Below, one piece after another: positions 1-8,273 of a stretch of DNA of 64,000 nt. Source of the DNA: Felixounavirus LF110P1; sequence record OZ035744.1, one strand, 5' to 3'. The position numbers were made by a program, and so were the translations under genes. Position 1 is the stretch's first letter. Every line of letters starts with the position of its first letter. The notes beneath the pieces are model-generated. The model had not been told where the DNA came from and searched no databases. It saw nothing but the letters and a program-made list of their open reading frames with translations.

Positions 1-741
1 GCACAGCTTTACACAACTGATTTTAAACCAACCCCTTCAGATATCGGTGCATACACTAAAGCTGAGACTGACCAGAAGATTGCACAGGCAGTAAGTGACT
101 CTACAGACCTTAATAAAATCTATCCAGTAGGTATTGTGACATGGTTTAACAGCAATGTTGACCCTAATACAGCACTTCCTGGTCTAACTTGGACTTACCT
201 GAACAATGGTGTTGGTAGAACTATCAGAATTGCAGCAGCAAACGGTTCAGATGTTGCTACAACAGGTGGTTCAGATTCTGTGACGTTAGCTGTTGGTAAC
301 TTACCATCGCACACCCATAGTTTCTCTGCTACCACTTCATCTTTTGATTATGGTACGAAGGGAACTAACAGTACTGGTGGTCATGCTCACTCTGTAAGTG
401 GTACAACAAGTGCTGCTGGTAACCACGCTCACCACTTAGGTTTGTTATTAGTTAATGGTGGTGATGCTTTGTACGGTTATACAACAGTTGGTAACAATAA
501 GACAAGGACTCTTGACTGGCTTGACAGAACTGATAACAAGTTCCCTAACACTAACACAACTGGTAACCATACACACACATGGTCTGGTACTACAAGCAAC
601 ACTGGTGCTCACACCCACTCTGTAGGTATCGGTGCTCACACTCATACAGTTAGTGGTAACACTGGTGGTACAGGTTCTGGTTCAGCATTTAGTGTTACTA
701 ACCAGTTCTACAAGTTAATGGCTTGGGTAAGAACTGCTTAA
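1..741 (+). CDS. tail fibre protein, C-terminal part (5' end outside window)
   Basis: Frame is open from nt 1 with no stop; Gly/Ser/Thr-rich with repeated H-x-H boxes (SHTHS, GGHAHS, GNHAHH, GNHTHT, GAHTHS, GAHTHT) typical of tail-fibre distal domains. Confidence 0.55.
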   Translation, partial: AQLYTTDFKPTPSDIGAYTKAETDQKIAQAVSDSTDLNKIYPVGIVTWFNSNVDPNTALPGLTWTYLNNGVGRTIRIAAANGSDVATTGGSDSVTLAVGNLPSHTHSFSATTSSFDYGTKGTNSTGGHAHSVSGTTSAAGNHAHHLGLLLVNGGDALYGYTTVGNNKTRTLDWLDRTDNKFPNTNTTGNHTHTWSGTTSNTGAHTHSVGIGAHTHTVSGNTGGTGSGSAFSVTNQFYKLMAWVRTA

Positions 742-820
742 TCCCTTATTGACTGATTGTTAAGATGGTGTTAATATTCTTTATGGGTATTCTCACCATC
801 TTGGCTGATGAGGTGATTAA

Positions 821-1015
821 ATGCCTACAATCCTAGCAATTCTTCTAAAAAATCTAGGTAGCTTCTTCTGGAAACTCATTTTATCCCTTCTAAGTGAATA
901 CATGATTGAGAAAGTGTTCTTTAAGCTTGCAAGATACCTTGCGAGTAAAACAGACACACCTATTGATGATGAGTTCGTAGATAACTTAGAAAAAGCTTTT
1001 AAGGGGGAGAAATAA
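821..1015 (+). CDS. small membrane protein (hypothetical)
   Basis: 64 aa ORF with hydrophobic N-terminus directly after tail-fibre gene. Confidence 0.3.
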   Translation: MPTILAILLKNLGSFFWKLILSLLSEYMIEKVFFKLARYLASKTDTPIDDEFVDNLEKAFKGEK

Positions 1016-1387
1016 ATGAAGTGGCTAGAGGAAGCTTTTAAAAATAATATTGGTGCAATTGTAATTGGTATTTTTAGTGTTATTGGGATGTATACCACTA
1101 TGCAAGTTTCAAGTGGTAAACAAGAAGTGTCTGTCACAACAAAGTTACAGCAGCTAGATAATTATTCCAAAAGTAACTATTCAGCTATTCGTGATTTACA
1201 GTCTGACATGAGACTGATTCAGCTAGGGATGGAGAACCAGAAAGTTCAGTTAGAGAATGTTAAGGGTGAAAACGCAAAACTTACCAAAACTCTTGATAAA
1301 TTCTCTGACAGTGTGAATAATCTGGCTCAATCAGTATCAGCCCTCCAAGCTATTACTGAAAAGAACACAAAGAATACTGAAAAATAA
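1016..1387 (+). CDS. membrane-anchored coiled-coil protein (hypothetical)
   Basis: N-terminal TM helix (IGAIVIGIFSVIGMY) then coiled-coil-like region; RBS GGGGAGAAATAA upstream. Confidence 0.35.
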   Translation: MKWLEEAFKNNIGAIVIGIFSVIGMYTTMQVSSGKQEVSVTTKLQQLDNYSKSNYSAIRDLQSDMRLIQLGMENQKVQLENVKGENAKLTKTLDKFSDSVNNLAQSVSALQAITEKNTKNTEK

Positions 1388-1392
1388 AGTTT

Positions 1393-1424
1393 AAGGCTCC
1401 TTTTTACGGGAGCCTTTTTTGTTT
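1393..1424. terminator. bidirectional rho-independent terminator
   Basis: hairpin AAGGCTCC-TTTTTAC-GGGAGCCTT followed by T-run, between convergent genes. Confidence 0.55.
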
Positions 1425-2323
1425 TACTTACCTACTGACAGAGGTGCTTCAATCTTCCCTGCATGTTGGTAGTTGTTAATGCCACCAATAAAATCACTTG
1501 CAGTGAGATGTTTTAGGTCACTTAAAGTGTTAAGTGGGATACCAATCTCAAAAGTTGGTGCATGGAACTCTTCATTGTTCATCAGTTCATAAACCTGCTT
1601 CATATGGTTCTGATAAATCTGAGTATCTCCAAAGACACCTATCAAATATCGTGGAGTGTATCCAGTCATCTTACAAAGGACTTCCAGAATAAAACCATAA
1701 GATGCAATGTTAAACGGAAGCCCTAAAAAGGTGTCTACAGAACGCTGATACCATTGTAAGTCAACTTCACCCTCGTTGGTGATATAAATCTGAAACAGAA
1801 CATGACAAGGTGCTAAAGCCATTGAGTTTGCTGCAATATCTGCTGCATTCCAAGCGTTAACAAGCATGTAACGGTCTGTGATATCACCCTTCATCTTCGC
1901 TACTAAGGTCTCTAACTGGTCTACAACACAACCATCATGACCCTCAAAGTTTCTCCACTGAACCCCGTAGATTCTACCACCTGCATCCTCTAACCAGTCT
2001 TGTTCAGAGGAATAATTAGAGCTTAACCAGCGTTTAAAATCATCTGACCAGATAGTCCAGCGTTCCCCATCATTTTCACCCCAAGTACGGTAACGAAGTT
2101 CACCAAGTTTATTCTCACCATTCAGGAACCATAAAGCTTCCCCAATAACTTGCCGTGTAAACACCTGTTTAGATGTTAAGAGTGGGAAACCAGTTCGCAT
2201 ATCAAAACGAAACTGTGGTGGAGCAAATGCAGAGATAACATCTCCAGTTCGTGTAGTACGCAGTTCACCAACGGATAAAACATGGTTCAGGATATTTTTG
2301 TAACTCAAATCAGCTTGTGACAT
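1424..2323 (-). CDS. td: thymidylate synthase
   Basis: 299 aa; ThyA-like motifs (FLGLPFNIASYG, PCHVLFQ), thyA-typical length. Confidence 0.9.
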   Translation of the reverse strand: MSQADLSYKNILNHVLSVGELRTTRTGDVISAFAPPQFRFDMRTGFPLLTSKQVFTRQVIGEALWFLNGENKLGELRYRTWGENDGERWTIWSDDFKRWLSSNYSSEQDWLEDAGGRIYGVQWRNFEGHDGCVVDQLETLVAKMKGDITDRYMLVNAWNAADIAANSMALAPCHVLFQIYITNEGEVDLQWYQRSVDTFLGLPFNIASYGFILEVLCKMTGYTPRYLIGVFGDTQIYQNHMKQVYELMNNEEFHAPTFEIGIPLNTLSDLKHLTASDFIGGINNYQHAGKIEAPLSVGK

Positions 2324-2324
2324 A

Positions 2325-2870
2325 TCAAAAGTGTCCTTTTACTTGTGGAACATAAATTTCAAAGGTTGCTTTACCATCATCCGATGGCCTTGACTGTACC
2401 TTTGCAAATACACGGCTATCATACAGCTTCTCAAAGAAGTTTTCAAAAGGTAAATGCACAGTGGCCTCTTCAGTAACTTTATGGAAGACTGTATGGAACA
2501 CCACACCAGCATACGGTAAAGCATTGACAAGGACACCTGCACCACCAATTACAAAGACATCTTCATCAATAGAGCTATCAAGATACTTCAAAAATGCTCC
2601 AAATGACTCTTTACTGGCTTTAGCATACATTACATCATCTTTGCCAAAGTCTATGCCTAAGTATGGTACAGAATTTGTTAAGATTAGGTTTGCACGTTCT
2701 GGTAGAGGTTTACTACCCAGAGTCTTAAAAGTCTCATTACCCATCACTACTAAGTTATTTTTAGTGAGTCTCTTAAACTCTTGCATGTCCTGTTTATGTC
2801 GAGGCCACGGCATACCAGTTGGAGTACCAAACTCACCATTTTCACCACTTGCAAAGATTAATTTAATCAT
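2325..2870 (-). CDS. frd: dihydrofolate reductase
   Basis: 181 aa; DHFR-like N-terminus (MIKLIFA...GMPW), VMGNETF and VIGGAGV motifs; immediately upstream of td as in many phages. Confidence 0.85.
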   Translation of the reverse strand: MIKLIFASGENGEFGTPTGMPWPRHKQDMQEFKRLTKNNLVVMGNETFKTLGSKPLPERANLILTNSVPYLGIDFGKDDVMYAKASKESFGAFLKYLDSSIDEDVFVIGGAGVLVNALPYAGVVFHTVFHKVTEEATVHLPFENFFEKLYDSRVFAKVQSRPSDDGKATFEIYVPQVKGHF

Positions 2871-3127
2871 TTTGTAAATCCTTTCTTAATGAACCAGTTG
2901 ATAACACTCTTCACAACTTTACTACGATGGTAGATAAAATGTGGAGAGGGTTGGTATGAACCATAAGCCCAGAAAGCGATAATTTCATTACACCCTGTGC
3001 ATCGGGTACTTTCTTCAGCAATATGACCGTTGACTATTTCACTTACCTCACCTTGTAAGTCTGTACACCCGCAATGTGGACAACGGATAGGTGTTCCATC
3101 AGACTCATAGCAGTGTTCAATTTTCAT
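2867..3127 (-). CDS. zinc-ribbon protein (hypothetical)
   Basis: 86 aa with CPHCGC...CTGCNE cysteine pairs. Confidence 0.4.
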   Translation of the reverse strand: MKIEHCYESDGTPIRCPHCGCTDLQGEVSEIVNGHIAEESTRCTGCNEIIAFWAYGSYQPSPHFIYHRSKVVKSVINWFIKKGFTK

Positions 3128-3643
3128 CTATTTAACCTCAAAAACTGGTTCAAGAACCAATATAAAGTCTACACAGTCATCTTCTTCATCCAGAATACCA
3201 TCAAAGTTCTTAGGTACAAAGTCGAAGAGGCTCATAGAATATCGGTCAGAAGTAACCCTGATAGTGTTCCCTATATTCTCTACAGTTAATATTGTACGGC
3301 TTTCTGTTACCTCACTTAGAAGATTACTCACAAAGTCATCTAAGAAGTGTTTCATCAGTGACTTGAAGCCTTTAGGGTAATCTGTACCAGAGTATGTTTC
3401 AATCTGAGGAACAAGCTTAACATTTATACTAGTCTTTGTTAAGAACGTTTTAGAGAACATGCTATCAGGTAGCTTACAAACAGTCTTTCCAGTACCTTCA
3501 TGTTCAATCTCAACAAAACCAGCTTCGTCGCCACATGTAACTATTTTAAAAGATGCTTCATTCTCATACTGTGAAGCCATAAACTTTTTAAGCATTTCTT
3601 TAAGGAAATCTGCATGAGCATCTTGTAAGTAGATATCAATCAT
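3128..3643 (-). CDS. hypothetical protein
   Basis: 171 aa ORF, tightly packed in minus-strand operon. Confidence 0.4.
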   Translation of the reverse strand: MIDIYLQDAHADFLKEMLKKFMASQYENEASFKIVTCGDEAGFVEIEHEGTGKTVCKLPDSMFSKTFLTKTSINVKLVPQIETYSGTDYPKGFKSLMKHFLDDFVSNLLSEVTESRTILTVENIGNTIRVTSDRYSMSLFDFVPKNFDGILDEEDDCVDFILVLEPVFEVK

Positions 3644-3656
3644 AGTTAATCACCTA

Positions 3657-4016
3657 TTATGGGAACAAGCACTTAATGTCATCGTTTTTGAAAACAAAAC
3701 TTGTGTAGTTGTGACCATCAACATCCAACCAAACAGCCTGAACATCCACACCATCAAGATTGTGGTAAAGTTCTTTGATGAAGTGGTCTTTCACAATCTG
3801 ACTGCTAGTTGTTTCCAGCTTAATGTTCGAGATTGCTGAACCTACAGCCATATAGCCCATGACACGTTTCTTTTCAGTATGCTTAATCTTACCATCTTTG
3901 TAAGCCATAATGAGACTGGAAAGAATCTTCACACCGTAATACTTTTCAAGGTGAGTAGGTACACCATAAAAGCCTAATGCGAAGTTTTCAGAGTGGATAA
4001 TGTTTTCACGTTTCAT
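3657..4016 (-). CDS. hypothetical protein
   Basis: 119 aa ORF. Confidence 0.4.
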   Translation of the reverse strand: MKRENIIHSENFALGFYGVPTHLEKYYGVKILSSLIMAYKDGKIKHTEKKRVMGYMAVGSAISNIKLETTSSQIVKDHFIKELYHNLDGVDVQAVWLDVDGHNYTSFVFKNDDIKCLFP

Positions 4017-4017
4017 A

Positions 4018-4347
4018 TTAATCTGCCAGCCTTAAATTGAAATTAACACCAAATTTTTCACATACCCCCAACATATACTCAAGGGAAACATTCCCAGTGA
4101 GGTGGATTATGTTGGATACACGAGCCTGAGAGATACCACAAATTTTAGCAACTTGCTCTTGAGAAAGACCTCTGGATTTAATCTCTCTCTTAAAACGATG
4201 TGCAACGAAGTCTCTCATTTCGTCTACATCCATTGGACAAATATAACTCTCCATTTCAGCCTCTCTATCAGCCTCCCAATCATCTTGTGGGGCATAAGGG
4301 TCAAAAACCTCATTCATCTTTCTTCTTCCGTTTGCGTGAAGTGTCAA
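4018..4347 (-). CDS. HTH (XRE-like) DNA-binding protein
   Basis: C-terminal helix-turn-helix-like segment LSQEQVAKICGISQARVSNI. Confidence 0.45.
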   Translation of the reverse strand: MTLHANGRRKMNEVFDPYAPQDDWEADREAEMESYICPMDVDEMRDFVAHRFKREIKSRGLSQEQVAKICGISQARVSNIIHLTGNVSLEYMLGVCEKFGVNFNLRLAD

Positions 4348-4522
4348 TCAATGAGTCTATGTTAGTAGCCCTGACCTTTTCACGTTCATCGTTAAGATAA
4401 TCGTCAAGAGCCTTTTCAATCTGTGAATCATCTTGACAGATAACTGTAAAGACTGTAAAGCCGTCTGTATCGTCAATTATCTTACCATAACCGCTTCTGG
4501 GATGTAACTTTTTAAGAGCCAT
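4310..4522 (-). CDS. hypothetical protein
   Basis: 70 aa ORF. Confidence 0.3.
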   Translation of the reverse strand: MALKKLHPRSGYGKIIDDTDGFTVFTVICQDDSQIEKALDDYLNDEREKVRATNIDSLIDTSRKRKKKDE

Positions 4523-4523
4523 A

Positions 4524-4907
4524 TCAAATACCTGTGCAGCTTCTGTTTTCTAAGAAATACTCAACACCATACATAGCTTTTTGCATCAAATCTTCTTTAA
4601 ACTGGATACGATGGTTGAGCATAGCCTGTACATCAATATCATCACGGTGTTTCTCTTTAATGTTTGCAGATTGCAGGAAATACTCTGCAAGAACACGATA
4701 CTGGTAGTCAGTCACCTTATCAGTCATCTCTGTTAAAGACTCTTCAGAGATGGGTTTAAGTAACTCACCTTTAGATAACGCAACACCTTTTACAATCTGG
4801 CAAGTGTCTTCTGGAACACCTGATAAGTCCACATTTGGAAGTTCTGTTGCATTGACTGGTAAGTTCATTGCCATAACCATTGCAGTAGCTAATAAAATCT
4901 TTTTCAT
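4524..4907 (-). CDS. secreted protein with signal peptide (hypothetical)
   Basis: N-terminus MKKILLATAMVMAMNLPVNA is a classic Sec signal peptide. Confidence 0.45.
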   Translation of the reverse strand: MKKILLATAMVMAMNLPVNATELPNVDLSGVPEDTCQIVKGVALSKGELLKPISEESLTEMTDKVTDYQYRVLAEYFLQSANIKEKHRDDIDVQAMLNHRIQFKEDLMQKAMYGVEYFLENRSCTGI

Positions 4908-5331
4908 AATGACCTCAAAGTTATATTAAATTTTGTATTACATTGAGTATAAAAATAAGCTATAACACCTGACTTGTCAACAGATTTTATAGCTTATTTG
5001 GCAGATTTTTTATAAGGCTACTGCCATCCTTCCATACATTACCTAACCAAGCCTAACATCACACAACCAGACCGAGCCGCACCCCGCCTTATTAAAAGAC
5101 CCTCTTAAAGACCTTTTAAAAAGGTAAGTCTCATTTTAATGTAGTTGAGACTAACTACCCATACCATACCTTACACCGCCGTACCACACCGAACATCACC
5201 AAACCATACCAAGCCAGAGCCTACTGTACCATACCGAACATCACTTAAAAACCCTCTTAGAAGACTCTTAAGTGATGCTGGTGAGTACCCGTTGGTTTAT
5301 GCTGCTCAGTATACTCACCAAATTTTCTATG

Positions 5332-5520
5332 TCAACAACTTTCTAATAAAGTTTTATGAAGACTTTGCTTAACAACCCGCCTCACATGCCTATGCTCTTT
5401 CTTAATAAAGAGTGACCTCTTCTTGACAGAGCGCCTATTCTTGTAAGTATTACTAGGATACTTATCATGAACCGGACAACAACTCCCCGGATTTGTAAAC
5501 TTGATAATCTCTCTTTTCAC
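5332..5520 (-). CDS. small basic protein (hypothetical)
   Basis: 62 aa, Lys/Arg-rich, abuts ligase gene. Confidence 0.3.
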   Translation of the reverse strand: MKREIIKFTNPGSCCPVHDKYPSNTYKNRRSVKKRSLFIKKEHRHVRRVVKQSLHKTLLESC

Positions 5521-6623
5521 TATTCATAATCCCTAATAACTAGCCCTACAGGGAACTGTAAAGACCCCTTACGAGTCATCTTCTGGAACTGAACCGTTAA
5601 AGGTTTCCCGATAAACTCTTCAGGATGTTCAGCAAGATACTGTTTCTTCTCGTGTGTAGTTTTCCATGAGACATCTACAAAGACGTTAGGAAGAGTCTCT
5701 ACAACGAACTTGCCATGACCACGTTTATCGGTCTTTACACCAGTCACTTTAAACTCTTCAGTGTGCATCTTCTTGTGCTTAATCAAGAAGTATGAACGGT
5801 GACCACACTCGTAGAAAGATTCTTCAGAGATTGAGCGGTACATTGCACCTTCAAACTTAGCTTCAACCCACTTATCATGAGCTTCATCAAACTCTTCCCA
5901 AGAATTTACACGACGAGACTTAACAGGGACAACTTTACAGCCATCTCTAAAGTCATTCAATGGTGAAGTCTCAATAATATCTCTACGCTCAGGCCACGTC
6001 TTAGTACTATCACAGATATCGTACCAGTAAAACTTAAGTAAATGTCTGTCAGGATTGTCTTCATTTTTAATCATGGAGACAATATCTTCTAAGTCCAACC
6101 CATGAGCATAGATTTCACCATCAAATTCATCAACATCTTTATGGAGCCTTAACATTGCCATAATGTCAGGTATTAGTTCAGTAGGTATTTTGTAAACAGT
6201 ATTCTCACGAGAATATGCTGTAAATACACTACCAATGCTTAAGTGCCTTGAAATCCTACAACGGACACCATCAAGTTTCGGTTGAGCATCAGCAGGGAAC
6301 TTCAGATACTTTGCATGGCTAACCTTTGCAGCATCATGAGCAAGTTGTACACCAACCTTCTCAGTGTTCTGTGCAGACTCTTTTGTGTAAGCATAACCTT
6401 TGCGGTCAACTTGCTTTTTATACTTAGCAGCAACTTCAAAGAGAGCTTGCTGTTCAGCATTACGCTCATTCTTTTTACCGATGTTCTTAGTCTCTGCTGT
6501 GTACTCTTCAAACATCATCTTACCATTTTCTTTACCGTAGGTTGTGATAACTTTGTCACCTACAGAAACACATGACCAGACATTGAAAGAGCCATCTTTA
6601 TTTTGTTTGTACAGTATTGTCAT
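5520..6623 (-). CDS. ATP-dependent DNA ligase
   Basis: adenylation motif PKLDGVRCR (KxDG); start placed at internal ATG (MTILYKQNK) preceded by GAGGA RBS rather than the track start 6659. Confidence 0.85.
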   Translation of the reverse strand: MTILYKQNKDGSFNVWSCVSVGDKVITTYGKENGKMMFEEYTAETKNIGKKNERNAEQQALFEVAAKYKKQVDRKGYAYTKESAQNTEKVGVQLAHDAAKVSHAKYLKFPADAQPKLDGVRCRISRHLSIGSVFTAYSRENTVYKIPTELIPDIMAMLRLHKDVDEFDGEIYAHGLDLEDIVSMIKNEDNPDRHLLKFYWYDICDSTKTWPERRDIIETSPLNDFRDGCKVVPVKSRRVNSWEEFDEAHDKWVEAKFEGAMYRSISEESFYECGHRSYFLIKHKKMHTEEFKVTGVKTDKRGHGKFVVETLPNVFVDVSWKTTHEKKQYLAEHPEEFIGKPLTVQFQKMTRKGSLQFPVGLVIRDYE

Positions 6624-6624
6624 T

Positions 6625-6816
6625 TTATTCCTCTGAGTGATACCAAGTATTGCAAGCATTACATGCGTAAAGCTCTAAGTCATTTTTATCCGGTTTATGA
6701 AAGCAGTTTGCTCCGCAGTGGCAACGGAATGGCCTTCCACCAACTGTCAGGATGAAGGATTGAACCTTTCCATCAGGAGTTCGTACAGCATTTTTATGCT
6801 TATCTTCTTTGTTCAT
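6625..6816 (-). CDS. zinc-finger small protein (hypothetical)
   Basis: 63 aa with CHCGANC...CNACN cysteine clusters. Confidence 0.4.
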   Translation of the reverse strand: MNKEDKHKNAVRTPDGKVQSFILTVGGRPFRCHCGANCFHKPDKNDLELYACNACNTWYHSEE

Positions 6817-7019
6817 TTTCTCTTACCACCAACCTCTACGTCGATAACTTGAACATCGCCAGCAACATCAAACTTATGAATGATGCTTTCCACAGTGTAA
6901 GTCCAACCATCAATGCGAACCAACTCACCTTCTCGTGGGACGATTGGATTACGTTGAGCTACGGTTGTAGTGGAGTGAACAACATCATAACAATAGATAT
7001 AGTTTACTAGGACTTCCAT
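6813..7019 (-). CDS. hypothetical protein
   Basis: 68 aa ORF overlapping neighbours by 4 nt. Confidence 0.4.
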   Translation of the reverse strand: MEVLVNYIYCYDVVHSTTTVAQRNPIVPREGELVRIDGWTYTVESIIHKFDVAGDVQVIDVEVGGKRK

Positions 7020-7028
7020 ATCTTCACC

Positions 7029-7283
7029 TTAAAAGAATAAGTCAGATGCTTTTGGGTTGATTAAACTCATGCAGTTTTGAAGCATGGCTTCATTGTACCC
7101 ATCTTGGCAAACTACGTAGAGTTTATCGAAAGTTTCTTTTGATGCTGGGGAGACTGATAACTCTTGGCATACACTAAGATACCATTCGTAATCTAAGCCT
7201 CTGCTCCAAGCGTCAGCGATTAGGGATGTAGCTTTGTCTTTGCTTCTGATAACTTCATCAGACTTTTCAATTTTACTGTTCAC
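7029..7283 (-). CDS. hypothetical protein
   Basis: 84 aa ORF. Confidence 0.4.
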   Translation of the reverse strand: MNSKIEKSDEVIRSKDKATSLIADAWSRGLDYEWYLSVCQELSVSPASKETFDKLYVVCQDGYNEAMLQNCMSLINPKASDLFF

Positions 7284-7445
7284 GATGTTCTACCTCTCTG
7301 TACGTTCGTCGATAGTTTATAATAAGCTGTGCTAACTCGTTGCTTTTAACATCTGAACGTAGCAGTTGCCAATCAAAACCTTTACCGACTCTTCCATATA
7401 AGCTAAATAATTTTACTTTGCGTTTCATTTTGGTACTCCCAATAC

Positions 7446-7658
7446 TCAGAGGCCAATACTAATACGTTCACCCTTGAGGACTCCTGTACGGTCTCTTACA
7501 ATCTTACCGTCAACAATAAGGATATGCGCAGACTTTAAAGATTCACTATTAAAACCTTTTACGAACTTACTAGGCATCACCACAATAAGCATCTCTTGAA
7601 TCAACTCTGGAGTGTAGCAGTTGTCGTGAAGTTGTTGGATAACGTCTGCAAGTTTCAT
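7446..7658 (-). CDS. hypothetical protein
   Basis: 70 aa ORF. Confidence 0.35.
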   Translation of the reverse strand: MKLADVIQQLHDNCYTPELIQEMLIVVMPSKFVKGFNSESLKSAHILIVDGKIVRDRTGVLKGERISIGL

Positions 7659-7709
7659 ATAACCTCCTATATCAGATATTGTATAAGGTACTCTTCCATG
7701 AGCACCTTG

Positions 7710-8273
7710 TCAAGATAGTTTTGCAAACTCTCCGTGGAGTTTCACAGCAGCTTCACAGTAAGCTTTATGGGCTTCTTCAGGGGTGTCAAACATACCAAGA
7801 TGATAGTTTTTACCTTGTAAACGAATCATTGCTCTAAATCTTACACCTATCTTCTGCACACCTTTTGGCAACCCAGATAGGGACTTTCTTGACCGATTGC
7901 AAGAGTTTTGTGAAGCTGTACAAACCCTTAAATTCAAGTACCTATTGTCCCAACCATCACCATTCTTATGGTCAACCTGTAAGGTTTTATCAGGCAGGTA
8001 TCCATCCACATATAGTATTGCTAGACGGTTAGCTTGGTAGCCTTTACCATCAAGCAATAACTGAACAGACTTGTGACCGTCTGTGTTTATCCTATAATTT
8101 CCTGCCTTTTTACCTCCAAAACGAGAGTTGAAGTTCTTATTGCCTCGTGATACCGGCTCTCTAAACTTCCAAGTAAAGACCCCTGTTTCGGGGTCGTAGT
8201 CCAATAGCTCCTTAAGACGAATTTCTGTAATCATTTCAACACCATCAATGTACTTCCAACCAGCTCTTACCAA
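7710..8273 (-). CDS. HNH homing endonuclease with AP2-like DNA-binding domain
   Basis: HNH-like core (QVDHKNGDGWDNRYLNLRVCTASQN) plus C-terminal AP2-like segment (GVRFRAMIRLQGKNYHLGMFDTPEEAHKAY); overlaps 3' end of DNA polymerase gene. Confidence 0.6.
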   Translation of the reverse strand: MVRAGWKYIDGVEMITEIRLKELLDYDPETGVFTWKFREPVSRGNKNFNSRFGGKKAGNYRINTDGHKSVQLLLDGKGYQANRLAILYVDGYLPDKTLQVDHKNGDGWDNRYLNLRVCTASQNSCNRSRKSLSGLPKGVQKIGVRFRAMIRLQGKNYHLGMFDTPEEAHKAYCEAAVKLHGEFAKLS